The translations under genes and the position numbers were made by a program. A DNA stretch of 64,000 bases, from positions 4,464,001 through 4,528,000 of the forward strand of contig JANJGN010000042.1 in NCBI GenBank assembly GCA_026770705.1, given 5' to 3'. This document shows positions 51,097 to 63,582 of this stretch, piece by piece. This DNA comes from Isurus oxyrinchus. Lineage: Eukaryota. The notes under the pieces were generated by a model. It ran no database searches and was not told where the DNA came from. It worked only from the letters and a program-made list of their open reading frames with translations. Within the stretch, counting starts at the first letter, position 1; every line of letters begins with the position of its first letter.

Positions 51097-52004
51097 TCAA
51101 CTTAGTGGCGATTCTGATCCTAGCACGAGGAAGGTGTGGTCTCACCCGATGTATCACTCGGTACCTGATGTCCATGGCGGTGACGGATCTATTGGTGATT
51201 ATCACTGGAGTAATAGTGAATCGGATTGGTGGGTTTTATCTTCGCAGCAGTTTTTTGTTCCACACTCCGATGTGCTGCCTCAGTAATGCATTAGTTTATG
51301 CAGCCAGGGACTGTTCTGTCTGGTTAACTGTCGCTTTCACCTTTGATAGGTTTGTGGCGATTTGTTGCCCAAACCTGAAAAGAAAATATTGTACCAAAGA
51401 CAGTGCCACAAGGGTTATAACAATCATATGCTCCCTGTGTTGTTTAAAAAATATCCCCTGGTATTTTGTGTATGAACCTTTATATATAATGAACAACGTG
51501 CCGTGGTTCTGCAGTATCAAATTATTTTTCTACTCTTCACCCCTATGGGCAGCTTTTCACTGGATTGATCGTATTTTAACCCCTAGTATACCGTTCTTTC
51601 TGATTTTACTGTTCAATAATATGACTGTCGGACACATTCTGGTGGCTATTCGAGTCCGCAGGCAACTCCAGGTCAAAAGCGTTGTAGAGAATCAGAGTGA
51701 CCCAGAGATGGAGAATCGGAGAAAGTCCATCGTTTTACTCTTCACCATCTCGGGAAGTTTCATCTTACTATGGATGGTCTACCTTGTAGAATTTCTTTAC
51801 ATACGAATTACAAACGATTATTATTTTGCCGGCTCCAACACTGATGATCCGAAATTTATTCTTCAGGAAAGTGGAAATGTCCTCCAACTCTTGAGCTGCT
51901 GCACTAACACGTTTATTTATACCGTGACCCAGAGTAAATTCAGAGAGGAACTACAAAATGGTTTTAAAATTTTATTCAGAATACTTGCGAAACTCGTTCA
52001 ATAA
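51097..52004 (+). CDS. GPR139/GPR142-like class A GPCR copy E, coding exon 2 (intact; 325 aa with exon 1)
   Basis: Acceptor tttgccactccttcag|TC at 51096/51097. Open frame with class A motifs: N in TM1, AVTD in TM2, SVWLTVAFTFDRFVAIC, KSIVLLFTISGSFILLW, NTFIY and helix 8 SKFREEL. TAA at 52002-52004; AATAAA at 52012-52017. Confidence 0.95.
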
Positions 52005-53239
52005 TTAATGTAATAAATCGCAAAACAAATATGGTTAATGCTCCAACTTGACTTTTAGCACGCTTCTCAACATTATGAATGAACAGGTTTGCACATTTCT
52101 GATGAGAGTAGAAGTGAGATCGTGGCCCCGCATCACCACCAGTTTCCCTTTGTCAAATTTATGTTTACATTATTGGTATTTCGGATCCTGTCAAAAGAAT
52201 GTTGCGGCATGTCCTTCTGTCCCACTTGGTGTCTAATTTCTACAACGGAACTTGATAGTTTCACTATCCCAGACTATTACTTGATTTCCTGGCCTTTGCA
52301 AGCATCATAATTGATAGTTCCATCAGGCTGTGATTCTTGTTCAGTGCTCGGAACCAGGGCTAGCGACAGGGGCCAATGTCAGCCTTTGAGTTAGGATCAG
52401 GCAAAGCTTTTGAACTCAAGTTGCACCCGGCAGTGCTGGCAAACCCAGAGAAACGTTTTCAGTATTGTGACATTTTAACGATTGAGCTGAGGGTTTATTG
52501 GAAGCAACTGAACGTGCAACGGTTTATTGTTTGTGAACAGGACAGTCTCTTTTCCGGTATCACACATTATTCTCATCCAACGCTTGTCCATCATTGGTCA
52601 CCACGCTATTGTCACACTCCCAGACACAATTAGCTGATACTGACATTTTTTCAAGGTCATGTTGAACTATGTTTATTCTTCCATATCATCAGAAACAGAT
52701 TTTGGAAACTCCGTCTGCACAGAGGAACCGTTTACTCTGGATTAAATGAGGTACAACAACCTCCATCATTAAGAAATTGATTCCCGCAATTACCCCCAAT
52801 ATATCCCTGGGACAAGCTTCCAGTAGATTACTGCATTAAAGCGGAGTGCACGTCTAAAACGACTTTAATGGGTCACTAGAAAGAACTTCAAAAGATCTCT
52901 GCAAAAGCCACTGAACAACCCTAGATTCAGTCGCTGACTCAAGCTGATATGTATCAAATTGCAATGGTCAGCAGGTAAACCAACAATAGGATAAACTTTC
53001 AGGAAGTTGGTGTGGATATCTGTAGAGATACAAGTGTTCTCGTTATTGGTTTATATGGACAATCTGCAGGCAGTAGAAGCTACACTGCTCCGTATTTTAA
53101 GCAAAGTGGCATTTAAATGTCTAACATTAGTCATCAGAGTAAAATGGTTTATGCACACAATATGCTCGGCCTTTAAAAGCGAGGAGATCACCAACAGTGA
53201 GGAATGTTTATCTCTCTCGTAGCTGAATCATATAATCTT

Positions 53240-53480
53240 AAAACACAAGAGGAGGCCATTTCGCCCATTGTGCCTTTGCCGAATCGTTTGATAATTTATA
53301 CAGTTAGGACCACATTAACTCTCTTTTCTTTATTCTCTTTGAATTTGTCTTTTTCAACTATTTACTTATTCCCTTTATGAGTTACCCCTGGATCAGCATT
53401 CACCGTCCCTTGAGGCAGATCCCTCCAAACCATAAATCTCTGCCTTAAATAAATTCTCATCGCTCTGTTGGTTCTTCTGC
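53240..53480 (-). mobile_element. CR1-type LINE 3' fragment
   Basis: acaagaggaggccatttcgcccattgtgcct is the reverse complement of a CR1 3' end. Confidence 0.6.
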
Positions 53481-54315
53481 CAATTACTTTCACCAATTAG
53501 CACTTGGACCTTATGCCTTAACGTTGGCCTTGGCACGAGGGAGGATTTCACTCTTCTTCGCAAGAGCCCCAGGTGATCTATTGCACCTGCTGAGCGATAG
53601 GTGGCGCCTTAGTTCCAAATCTCATACCGAAAGTCAGCGCTTTCAACTGTGCACCGTCTTTGCTAGCTTTATTTTTTTTTGTGCGTCCGCCGTGGATGTT
53701 ACTTTCAATTCACAGCCTTGCGGGCCAAAGGGGGTAATTTTATTAACTGTGTGAGAGCAGACATTTCAACATAGGTCCGTGCACAATGATATAATCCCTC
53801 ACTCTCTTCAACATACTGCCATTTCTCAATTTTACAAGCACATCTAAGAACGTGGACTTGGCCTTGGTTTAAGGCTCGCCATAGAGACTGAGTTTCTTCA
53901 ATTTATAGCTTTTCGGAGAAACATGCCAATCGGAGAAACATGCAAAAGCAGAACCAAAGCTACAGGTTGTGTCAGTTCAAAATGTACCTGCCGGTTCAGG
54001 GATACTTACAAACATTTTTGCAATTCTGCCGTTATATCACTATTTTTTTGCTTCGATCTAACATTTTTAAGTGACTTAATCGTGTTCTCTATGAATGAAT
54101 ATGCAAATATATTTCAGAACACAATTGCGCTGTTTATTGTTTTCCAAAGATTTAAACAATGTCTCCAGTTGGTGAGCTTGAGGAATGGAGATGCCGCACA
54201 CCAGTTGACAGTTCCTGGGTTTACACAGCATTATTCAGTCGTTCAAAATGCATCGGAGAAAAGCTTGAACCTCTTTCCTCAATCATACAACATTCATAAG
54301 CATTGCGCATGCGCA

Positions 54316-54690
54316 GCTGGCGCAGTGGTGATGTTACTGGACTAGTAATTCAGGGGGTAAAGGCTAATGCTTTGGCGACATGGCTTCCAATATCAGCACG
54401 GCAAGTGGCGGAATTCAAATTCAATTAATAAAACGGGAAATTGAACGTTTTTTCTCAGTGATGGTAACCATGAAATTAACATCCGTTGCCATAAATAACC
54501 TATCTGGTTCATCAGTGACCTTTAGTGAAATAAATCGTTCTCGCCTACATTTAAATCCAGACACAAAGCAACTTGTTTGACATTCACTTCCGTCTCAAAT
54601 GGGCTAACAAGCCATTCAGGTCAAGGGCAATTTGGAATGGGAAGAAGTGCTCGCCTTGCCACTGACCTGGGTAACTCATGAAATAGTCAA
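54316..54690 (+). mobile_element. tRNA-derived SINE, near full length
   Basis: A-box-like tggcgcagtgg head, body shared with 40853-41215, and tail tcaagggcaatttggaatggg...ccttgcca...catgaa. Confidence 0.8.
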
Positions 54691-55589
54691 GAAAAAAAGT
54701 TATTTTTTTTTTACATAAACCACTCAAATTGTTTAGCTGTTTAGTGGAGTGCAACGTATCACAACTGACACCCGCAGGCTTACTGTTCCAGGCTATGAAA
54801 ACTTCAAACTCCCTTTATCAACCGAAGCTGGAGAAACATTTAGTGTATCACAAAATCTTTACAATCAACCACTGGACAAACCTACAAAGGATCTTGGGGA
54901 AGCCTGCATGGAAAAACCTAGAATAGATCATTAAATACACTTACTCTGTGAAAAATGAAAAAGTTAGCAACATTTCAATAAATAAACTTACATTAGAGCA
55001 CTGTATCAACCTATCAGCTAAGGCCACAAGGAGGCACTGAGCAAACCTACAATTTTGAATGGCTAATTACAAAGGGGAACTGAATAAATCCACGGTACAA
55101 CAGTGAATGTTACCAAAATAGGTCAATGCGACTGAACATGGTGTGAGCAGGACATAGGACATGGAAAACAATTGGATTGTGATCAAGATATTTTGAATGC
55201 AAAGCCTCTGGCGCGCATCATAAACAATGTGGGGCAGGTCTAGTGTTGGTGAAGGCGTTTCGTGGTGGGAGGGAGATTACATTTCCCTAAACCATCGGAT
55301 ATGTGATGCCAGAGTGCTCTGGGTTTACCCATCATTCATACTCCTTCAAAGTGTTTTGCACTGACAAATCTACAAGAAGTCCATGGTGTCATTAATCTGT
55401 TCCCTGAGCAGAGCAGAGCCAGAATTACAGATAAACTTTCAACTGGCCAGGGAACAAGTGGATCAAGGCTGCAGTAGCAGATAAGTAAGCTCTACGCCAT
55501 TAGGAGTTCACTTGGAGGGTGACGTCGCTGAACCACAAGGACTGAATGTGATGCTTTCGATACGCATCTGGGAATGTTTAGTCCTTTGG

Positions 55590-57600
55590 AACTATGCTAA
55601 GGTGTGCATTACTGAATAGATGATCAGTGTGATGGAGTCAATCAATGTGGGCTTGATCAGTGAGATAAGGTCGCGGGGGGCCAGCGGTGTGTGTGGGTGG
55701 GGGTGGGGGGGGGGGGGGTGAGGGGATAGGTTGTGGTGGGGGGCGTTGTGGGTGACCAGGTTGAAGAAGATCTGAAACTTTCGAGATATGGTCAACCTGT
55801 TGCCGGGCGATTTAAAGTAATGAAGACAAGTCAAAAGTTTGATTAGATATTGGTAATTCTGAAAGATCTCTCATACAGGGAAGTGTGCAGATATGCGGTG
55901 TGGTAGGTTAGTTGTGCGAATGTGAGTGCTATATTGGGGTGATTTGGAGTCCTCATATGGGGAGTGGGCGATCACAGCCCTGTAGGAAGTTATAACAGAG
56001 GCGTCTGGGCGGAGGGCAGGCCAGGGGCGAGTGGAANNNNNNNNNNNNNNNNNNNNNNNNNNNNNNNNNNNNNNNNNNNNNNNNNNNNNNNNNNNNNNNN
56101 NNNNNNNNNNNNNNNNNNNNNNNNNNNNNNNNNNNNNNNNNNNNNNNNNNNNNNNNNNNNNNNNNNNNNNNNNNNNNNNNNNNNNNNNNNNNNGTGCGTG
56201 TGTCTGTGCGAGTGTCTGAGTGTATGAGAAAGTATATATCTGTACGTGTCTGTGTTTTTGTGAGAGAGAGAATATACCTTTCTGAGTGTGCCGCTGTCTG
56301 TAATAGAGTGAGATTGTGTGTGTGTTTATTTATATGNNNNNNNNNNNNNNNNNNNNNNNNNNNNNNNNNNNNNNNNNNNNNNNNNNNNNNNNNNNNNNNN
56401 NNNNNNNNNNNNNNNNNNNNNNNNNNNNNNNNNNNNNNNNNNNNNNNNNNNNNNNNNNNNNNNNNNNNNNNNNNNNNNNNNNNNNNNNTCAGAGTTTCTA
56501 GCCCAGGAATGGGAAAATGTCAGAGGAATTGATGCACCAGAAGGTAGTGGTGAAAGCGCGCACACCCTGAAATCATCCAACTCCATTCCCTGATGAAAGT
56601 GCCAGGTTTTCCAACAGTCTCAAGACGCAAAAGACGACATTTAAGGTGGAAAACTGGAATCATTGCCGTGCGAAATGTTCGGACCCGCCTTCCTGAAATG
56701 TTCACCTACCAGCCTCGGTTCAAGCACGATTTTCTGGCGGTTTGAGGCGGAGTTGGGTCAAGAAGGACATATCTCAGTTTGTACAAACTAAGGCAAACGC
56801 ACCAGGCTGTGTCTTTTCAGGTTCAAAAGCTCCAGACGATCCGGGTAGCGCAATGTATTGTGGGGTGGCACGCTGTGACAGAACGGTGAGTGTGGATAAG
56901 TGGAAGTGAGCATCGTTGGACGTGAGGTGTTGCGGGGGAGGTTTATAATTGACTAGACGGCCAGATGATATTTGTCAAGAGGATATGAGGACGTGCATGG
57001 GTGTGGAGTCATGAGCAGTGTTGCGGTGGCGGGGGACGAACATTTCTCTGAATCAAGCCAAGATTATTCACGGAAGGGAGGTGTGGAGTTGCTGGGCAGA
57101 GTGTCTGTTTGTGGGGATTAAGCATTTCGGGAGGTGGTGAACAATGGCGGATATGAACATTGCAGTAATTTGTGGATTATTGAAGTTGACATGAATTGCC
57201 TGGGAAAAAGTAAATGAAGTAACCTGTGTTTCTGGGTGCGGGACTGAGCCTTGTTCGGGTTGGATGAGTGGGAAAAAATAATGTGACTGTGTAGGAGTGA
57301 AGTGTCAGAGAGACGGGTTGAGCAATTTCAACAGCGGGTGGTGTTGAGGTTTTTGGAGGTGGAGGGATTGAAAAGTATCTCGCCGGCAAATGTTAAGCAT
57401 TGTAGAGAACTTGAGTAGAGACATGTTTGCAGTGCATTGCCTCAGCACCCTTGATAGTGTGGAGGATGAGCATCGGTCACAATTCTCTTGGTCAGGAAGC
57501 AGTGCGGCATGTCCCAAGAGCGAGAGGGGCTGAGCAATGTTGACAGTCCGAGGAGGATAGCAGCTTCTAGGGTGGGGATTGGGGTGGGTAGGGTGAGAGG
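55590..57600 (-). mobile_element. Highly degenerate L2-like fragments interrupted by TG-rich sequence and N-runs
   Basis: G-rich plus strand, roughly complementary in character and motifs to 45370-46440. Confidence 0.4.
56037..56488. other. Two N-runs (56037-56193, 56337-56488) around TG-rich low-complexity sequence
   Basis: Directly visible; probably masked or unresolved simple repeat. Confidence 0.9.
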
Positions 57601-58732
57601 CTGACTGTTTGTTATTTAGGATTTAGCTGTAACATGTATATTTCATCCTTCCTTATGCAAATTCTCCTGATCATCAACTTAAACCCCGGTCCTCTCCCTG
57701 TGATTAACAGGATGAGAATAACAGGGCGAATATCTAAGCCTGAAGTATAAAGCCCAGATCTCTGATACCAAGGTAAGTGTCCAGGACACTCACAGGTGTC
57801 AGGTCAGCGTAATACTACCCATTGCAATATGAAATTCCCAGTAAAACTACGCATGGGCGCTGGACTGGTATTCCTCAGGGTCCAGATGGTCAACTGTGGG
57901 AAACATTTTAAAATTCAGATCTGATACCAGACCAAGACCTGAAAAAATGATTCTCTTTCGCACCCAAATACGGTGTTGCTGTCCAGCCACTACTCTTAAT
58001 GGCTCTATTAGAGATGAGGTTTATCCCTCGTGATGTCTGGGCACAGGTAAGGCGAGGAAACCATAACTGTGTGGTCACGCAGTCAAGGCCTCAGTAACTG
58101 GCTGCATGGTGTGGCACACACTGCCATTGGCTATCAGCCCTAAACTGAATATGCATCATCTAGCGTGGTAACCTCTTCTATGGGCGGGACGCTTGGAGGT
58201 GAACAAACTGTACTTGCAGTGGCTGCCTCGGGCAGGGAATCTCCTCTAATTTGGAAAACGGCTGTGTTGTGTGCTTGAGCTGTGGAAATAATTCTCTCCT
58301 GGGCCGGATTGTTAAATAGGGAACCTAGCTGTGTTGGGTATAAGTGAATCTGACTGCAAGCCCTTGTGAGCCGAATCAAGTTTGATGTTGAGAAACAAAG
58401 ATAATTTTCAAGCTAAAACTAAAACGCATTATCGTATAAGTGTTTAATGTAATTACGAGATATTGGTTATCTATTTCACTCTGTCAAGCGCTAAGGTACC
58501 AGTTGATCACGAACGATGTTCAGAACTTGGTTTAACACTTTCAACACTTCTTCCATCTATTTTCTCTATTTTCAATCACCGTCTTAAGAGTTGCACCACC
58601 TCATGTTGAATTCGCCTTTGCATTAAACCAGTCTTGACTTATTGAACTACATCGTTATGTTTTTCACAGTTTGCTTTTACGGGTAGAGCAAGGAGACAGA
58701 TGGAGAATCTACCCCTGCTTGACAGCAGTTCG

Positions 58733-58751
58733 TGACCACCTGATGGCAGCA
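58733..58751 (+). promoter_or_regulatory. CTCF-like motif
   Basis: TGACCACCTGATGGCAGCA is close to the CTCF core CCACCAG(A/G)TGGCAGCA. Confidence 0.4.
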
Positions 58752-61329
58752 CCAATCTGATCCACACTGGCCTTCCAGCTAACTGAGGAGAAAGATACCC
58801 CAAGAAGGCGGATTTGCTGTGCAAGCATCCAGATTTACAAGCACGGTGCAGCCTGGAGCTAGCGATAGTGGTGGTCGAGCCTTCAATTTCTGAATGCCGC
58901 ATGACTGTGCTAGAATCTCTGCGTGATCATACTACCTGCCTATCACGCAGGTTGGAAGGATTTTCATTTTGATTTTCAGCCTGTTTGGCCATGTTATAAA
59001 TGCACCTTCCTTGTTTATCATGCTCTCCAGGAGGACTGGAAATCGAAGCTCCTGTCTCAGAGACAGGGGAGCTACCCACTTCCCCACAAGATATCAATTA
59101 CACCCAATTACATGAAAAAAAGAAAACGTTTCTACATTTACGCAAATGAAAATCCCAGCCTATGATTGTATTTCACAAAATTTATTAAGTCAACATCCAG
59201 TTCTCCCTGAACAAGACAAAAGTGATTCACAGCTCCACATGATTCACCTCAGTTTTGTTTTCCCCTTTTCCAGGTGGGTAACTTCTAACACCAGATCTGT
59301 CTTTCAAAGTGAGGGAATTGCTCCTGATTCCTCCAGTCTCGTTTTATATACCCATGAAGTTTGTATTTTCAATTTGATTGTGTGCTCCCTCCAACATCCC
59401 TGTGCAGTGAAACATAGAGGTTTGCTCCCTCTCATTGCTTAGCTTCTCTTCCTCTCTCGCATGCTGGAAGACTTCCCTCTCTAAGAAACTTGGTTTCTTG
59501 GGGTAATTCGTGTAATCCGATCCTGCATGGAACATTTTTCTCTCCAGAATTACATTTAATGGCACCGTCACTCACATGGGCCTTTATCCAGGTAAACATA
59601 CTTATTAAATATAATTTAAACCTCCACTTCTGTTCCATCTTGAAATTAATTATCCAATTTAAGTATAACTGTTTATAAAACTCCTGATTCCTCACAAGCC
59701 CATGCTGCTTTGCAGACAATCAGTGTATCCACTCTCAGCACCGCTACTTCTGGCATTGTCTGTAATCGTGAAAACCTTGCACGTTTATCCCAGTAACACA
59801 ACCGCACACCACCCCACCCTCCCCTTCCCACTTCTCCTTAATCCTTATCAACAAATTAATCAGGGCTTGCTGTCAGGGGGAGTTCTGAACAGGTCACATG
59901 CACCCTTACTCCTATTCTAATTTAAAGACACATATGCAAACCATTAACAGCTTTATAAATCTCATGTTTGTAACAATTCATGTTAAAAACACTAGGCTTC
60001 CAAAAAGTACTTTATTCCTGTACTCAGATTGCCTTGCTATAAAAGCAAACATGCCACCTTCCATTCTGGTTGCTTGCAGTGCCTGCATGCAAAAGTTATT
60101 TTGTTCTCTTTACGTGCAGAGCCACAAGTATCCAAGCCCTCACATTCTACAAAGTTCACGCCTTGAAAAAGACAAAAAAAAACTGTCCCCATTCATTCTT
60201 AAGCATAAAGTGATTAGCCTCACACTCCCACACATAACATTCGATCTGGCATTTGCTGCTACTCACTTCCCATGACTTTTTCACTTGTATCGTCTCTGTG
60301 TTCTCCTCATAGCTTAGGTTTCTACGTAGTTTTGTGGGTTCAACAGAGACAGGTATACATCCCCATCTCTTCCTCTAACTCCTTCAAATAAATTGTAAAT
60401 AGCTAGATTCACAACTTGGACTCTTGTGGTGCTCCACTAAACACCGTTTGCCAATCTGAATATGCATTATTTAAACCTGCTCTCTACCTCCTGGCTATTA
60501 ATCATTCCCCTATCTATTAAAATATGTCAAACCCAAAAAGATGAGAACATATCTTCTTTAGTGTCAAATTCCATTGCACGTTACCGAGTGCCTTTGGAAA
60601 GTCAAAAATGCTCTATCTACCGAGTCTCTGTGCACTTTCCTGATACATTCTCAAAAAAAGCTAACACTAAGAAATGTGTTAACCATGTCCTTCGCAAAAT
60701 CATGTTGGCTTGTTCAAAACTCATTATGATTTTCGAAGAGCAATGTTCGAACTTCCTCTTGATACATTTCAATACCTTCTCGGAGACTGATTTGAAGAAA
60801 GCTGGGTTGAGATCCCCAACACCCGCCCGTTTTTCCTGTTTTCTTGAATACTCGTGTTACATTTTTACGGTGCTACATCTTTTTAAACAGACAATTTGCT
60901 GAGATTGCTCCCAAATCTAAGATCTAATAATCAAGAACATTACTTCCGTTTAGTAACGTGTCAATTTATGAGCATGACACTACAGGAACCGTCTTCAGGA
61001 CTTAGAGGCAGTGCAGAGGTGGTGTAACTGATTTGGAAACGCATGAGGAACTTCAGTTAAGCAGCTTGCCGGTAGAAGCTTGGGCTTCGTTATTTCGATC
61101 AAGGAATCTTAATGGACGTTGCAATAAATGTGTTCCAAACTTACATGTTATTTGGGGGGTGGGATGGGGGGGCGGGTGGTAGGCTACATAGAGAAACATA
61201 TTATGTTTTTGAATGGTCACTAAATTTATACTTATCAAAAAGAGGATAATGTGGAAATATTTTTTTTCCTGGAACAGCGGATTGATATAATCTGGGGCGC
61301 ATAGATCTGCTCAGCTGTTTGCTATTGGT

Positions 61330-62640
61330 GTTGCTGTTAAGACGAGCATTTATTCCCCATCGCAAATTGCCATTAAGGACGTTATCCGCCTGCTTCCACA
61401 ACTGCAGTCATTGACCATCAGGAATTTTCACAGAACACGAAGGTGGGAATACCAGTACAGAATTTTGTCCCAGCCTCGATGATGAAATGACAATCTATTT
61501 CTGTGTCAAGACGATATACGAAATGGAAGAAAACATGCCACAGGCGGGGCTACAATGATTCTTCTGTCAAATGACCCATTTTGCAGCAGAGGTTGCCACT
61601 TTAGTAACTGCGATCAGTTGGAAATCTATCTGTTTCTAAAGTGCATCCTACAGGTGGCAGAAACTGCTGACAGTGCACCAACGGCAGCGGAACAGATGTA
61701 TAAAGTAACATTTTGGCTCTGATTCCAACCAAATGATTTGCTTTGAATTGTGTTGGTTTTGATAATTACCTTCAGAGCTGCATTTTTCCAGGTAATTATA
61801 TAGTATTCCATCACACTCCTGACATTCTCCTTATATATTGTGGATTGAATTTGCTGAAATAGACGTTGGATTACTAGCAACAGGATATCTAAGTGTGTCC
61901 TGCACTTGTAGGCACAGTATCAACTAACGAGTCTTGGTACAATTCTGTGAAATGGCGATCCAGCTCTCCCTACCAATGACTCAGGATATTGGCAGGGAGG
62001 GATCAGACATGCTAATGCCTCTGAATGTGTAGGCGACAGAGTGATACCGTACTCCATTGAAATGTGTTGGTCGCGATCCAGGGACTGGTCCAAAACTGCT
62101 AGTGTGGTGGTGTTGTAGGAGGTGATGTAGAAAGAAGAAATTGCCCTATGAAGAAAAGATGGACATACTGGAAGTACAGGGATGGGGTTTTCCCCATGCT
62201 TTGATTCCCTCCTCAACTTTGGAATGCCTAGTTAATTAGCCATATCCATCAGGACTTGGCTTGTGTGCTACTCCAGTTATGTTGCCACAGTCTTACTTTT
62301 ACTGATGGTCGGTGAATTTACCCATTCAGAATACCTTATGTGACTTTGTTACTCTCAATGCTTCTTACAAGTGAAGTTCAAAATTGCAGAGCACTTCTTC
62401 AGCTGAGGCCAGCTGTACGTGTTTGCCGCCTGAGGGATTACTTGCCAATGTTTGACCCGCTGTCATAATAGGAGATAGGTCAATATTGAGGACTCCTAGG
62501 GACAATCTGAATCACGGTATTCCTGTCTGTGCCAATTGAGGTTTGCCTACCGTCTTAATTAGAAAGATCAAAATGAAAGTGGAGGATTATTTAATATTTT
62601 TGAAATATACCACGTTTTGTGCATCATGACATCAGGCTGC
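61330..62640 (-). mobile_element. Old CR1-group LINE (SINE-partner family), degenerate
   Basis: gcatttattccccatcgcaaattgcc is the reverse complement of the shared tail; ORF 61626 reads STIYKENVRSVMEY. Confidence 0.7.
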
Positions 62641-62869
62641 TGTTTGCCGAGCCATTGGGAGAGCTCTTGAGATTTCTTTCAAGTACCCAAATGGTACTGA
62701 GGAAAAATTAACATGGCTGATTGGGCTGGTATCCCTTTGCCATGCCCAAGCCCTAGGTCGATATTAGGACCAACTGTTTTGCTTAATATTAAACAGCCTT
62801 TCAAAGTTTGATAAAACTAAATGCTTTGCTCAGCCATTTTCTCATTCAATTAAGATTCAGTCGCATTCC

Positions 62870-63088
62870 GGTTGGTTTCAAGTTGCATATAAGCAAGAAC
62901 TGACAAAAAAGATAGTTGTCTTCTCTAAAGGGCAGCACGTGAACTAGGTAAGGTTTTACAACAAAGCAATAGATCCCTGTTAATTTAATTGACAGGATTT
63001 GAGTTCCTCCACTACTATGATGATTGGGAGCTCATATTTCTTGATCATTTATCTAATTTTCAGAATTGTTAGCTCCATAACATAATGT
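62870..63088 (-). mobile_element. Degenerate tRNA-derived SINE
   Basis: ctctaaaggg...gtgaactag...gttttacaaca resembles the reverse complement of the SINE body. Confidence 0.45.
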
Positions 63089-63339
63089 TTTCAAAACATG
63101 TGCAATCCGCTTTTTCAAAGTGCCCTTGATATTGGGGATGTTACTTTTTTTTAAAGCCAACACTGAGATTAATATCCGTCTGCTGTTTGGGAGAAATAAT
63201 ATGACCAACAGCCAGGTGAAGATTCGATAGGGGTATTCAAAATTAGGTAGGGAGAAATGTCTTCAGCTCATGAAAGATTGGAGTGAAGAGGCCACAGATC
63301 AGTTGCCAATGAAAAGAGAAACAAAAACGAAATAAGAGA

Positions 63340-63582
63340 GAAAAAGCAAACATCTCGCAGCAAGTCGCTAGGGTTTGGAATGTTCTGCTAGAGAGTGCAG
63401 TGGAGGAATGTTCAATCGCATTATTTGGAAGGAATCCTGAGTGTTTCAAAAAAGAAAGTATGTGCAGTGTTACTGGACAAAGTCACGATCATGGCAGGAA
63501 AGAATTGTTCATTGCGAGAGCCGAGCCAGAGGGTTAAGCCAAATGGCTTCCTCCTGCGCTGTAACAATTCTGTGATTCTGTA
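63340..63582 (+). mobile_element. CR1-type LINE 3' end
   Basis: gccaaatggcttcctcctgcgctgtaacaattctgtgattctgt; same family as 9690-9910. Confidence 0.8.
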
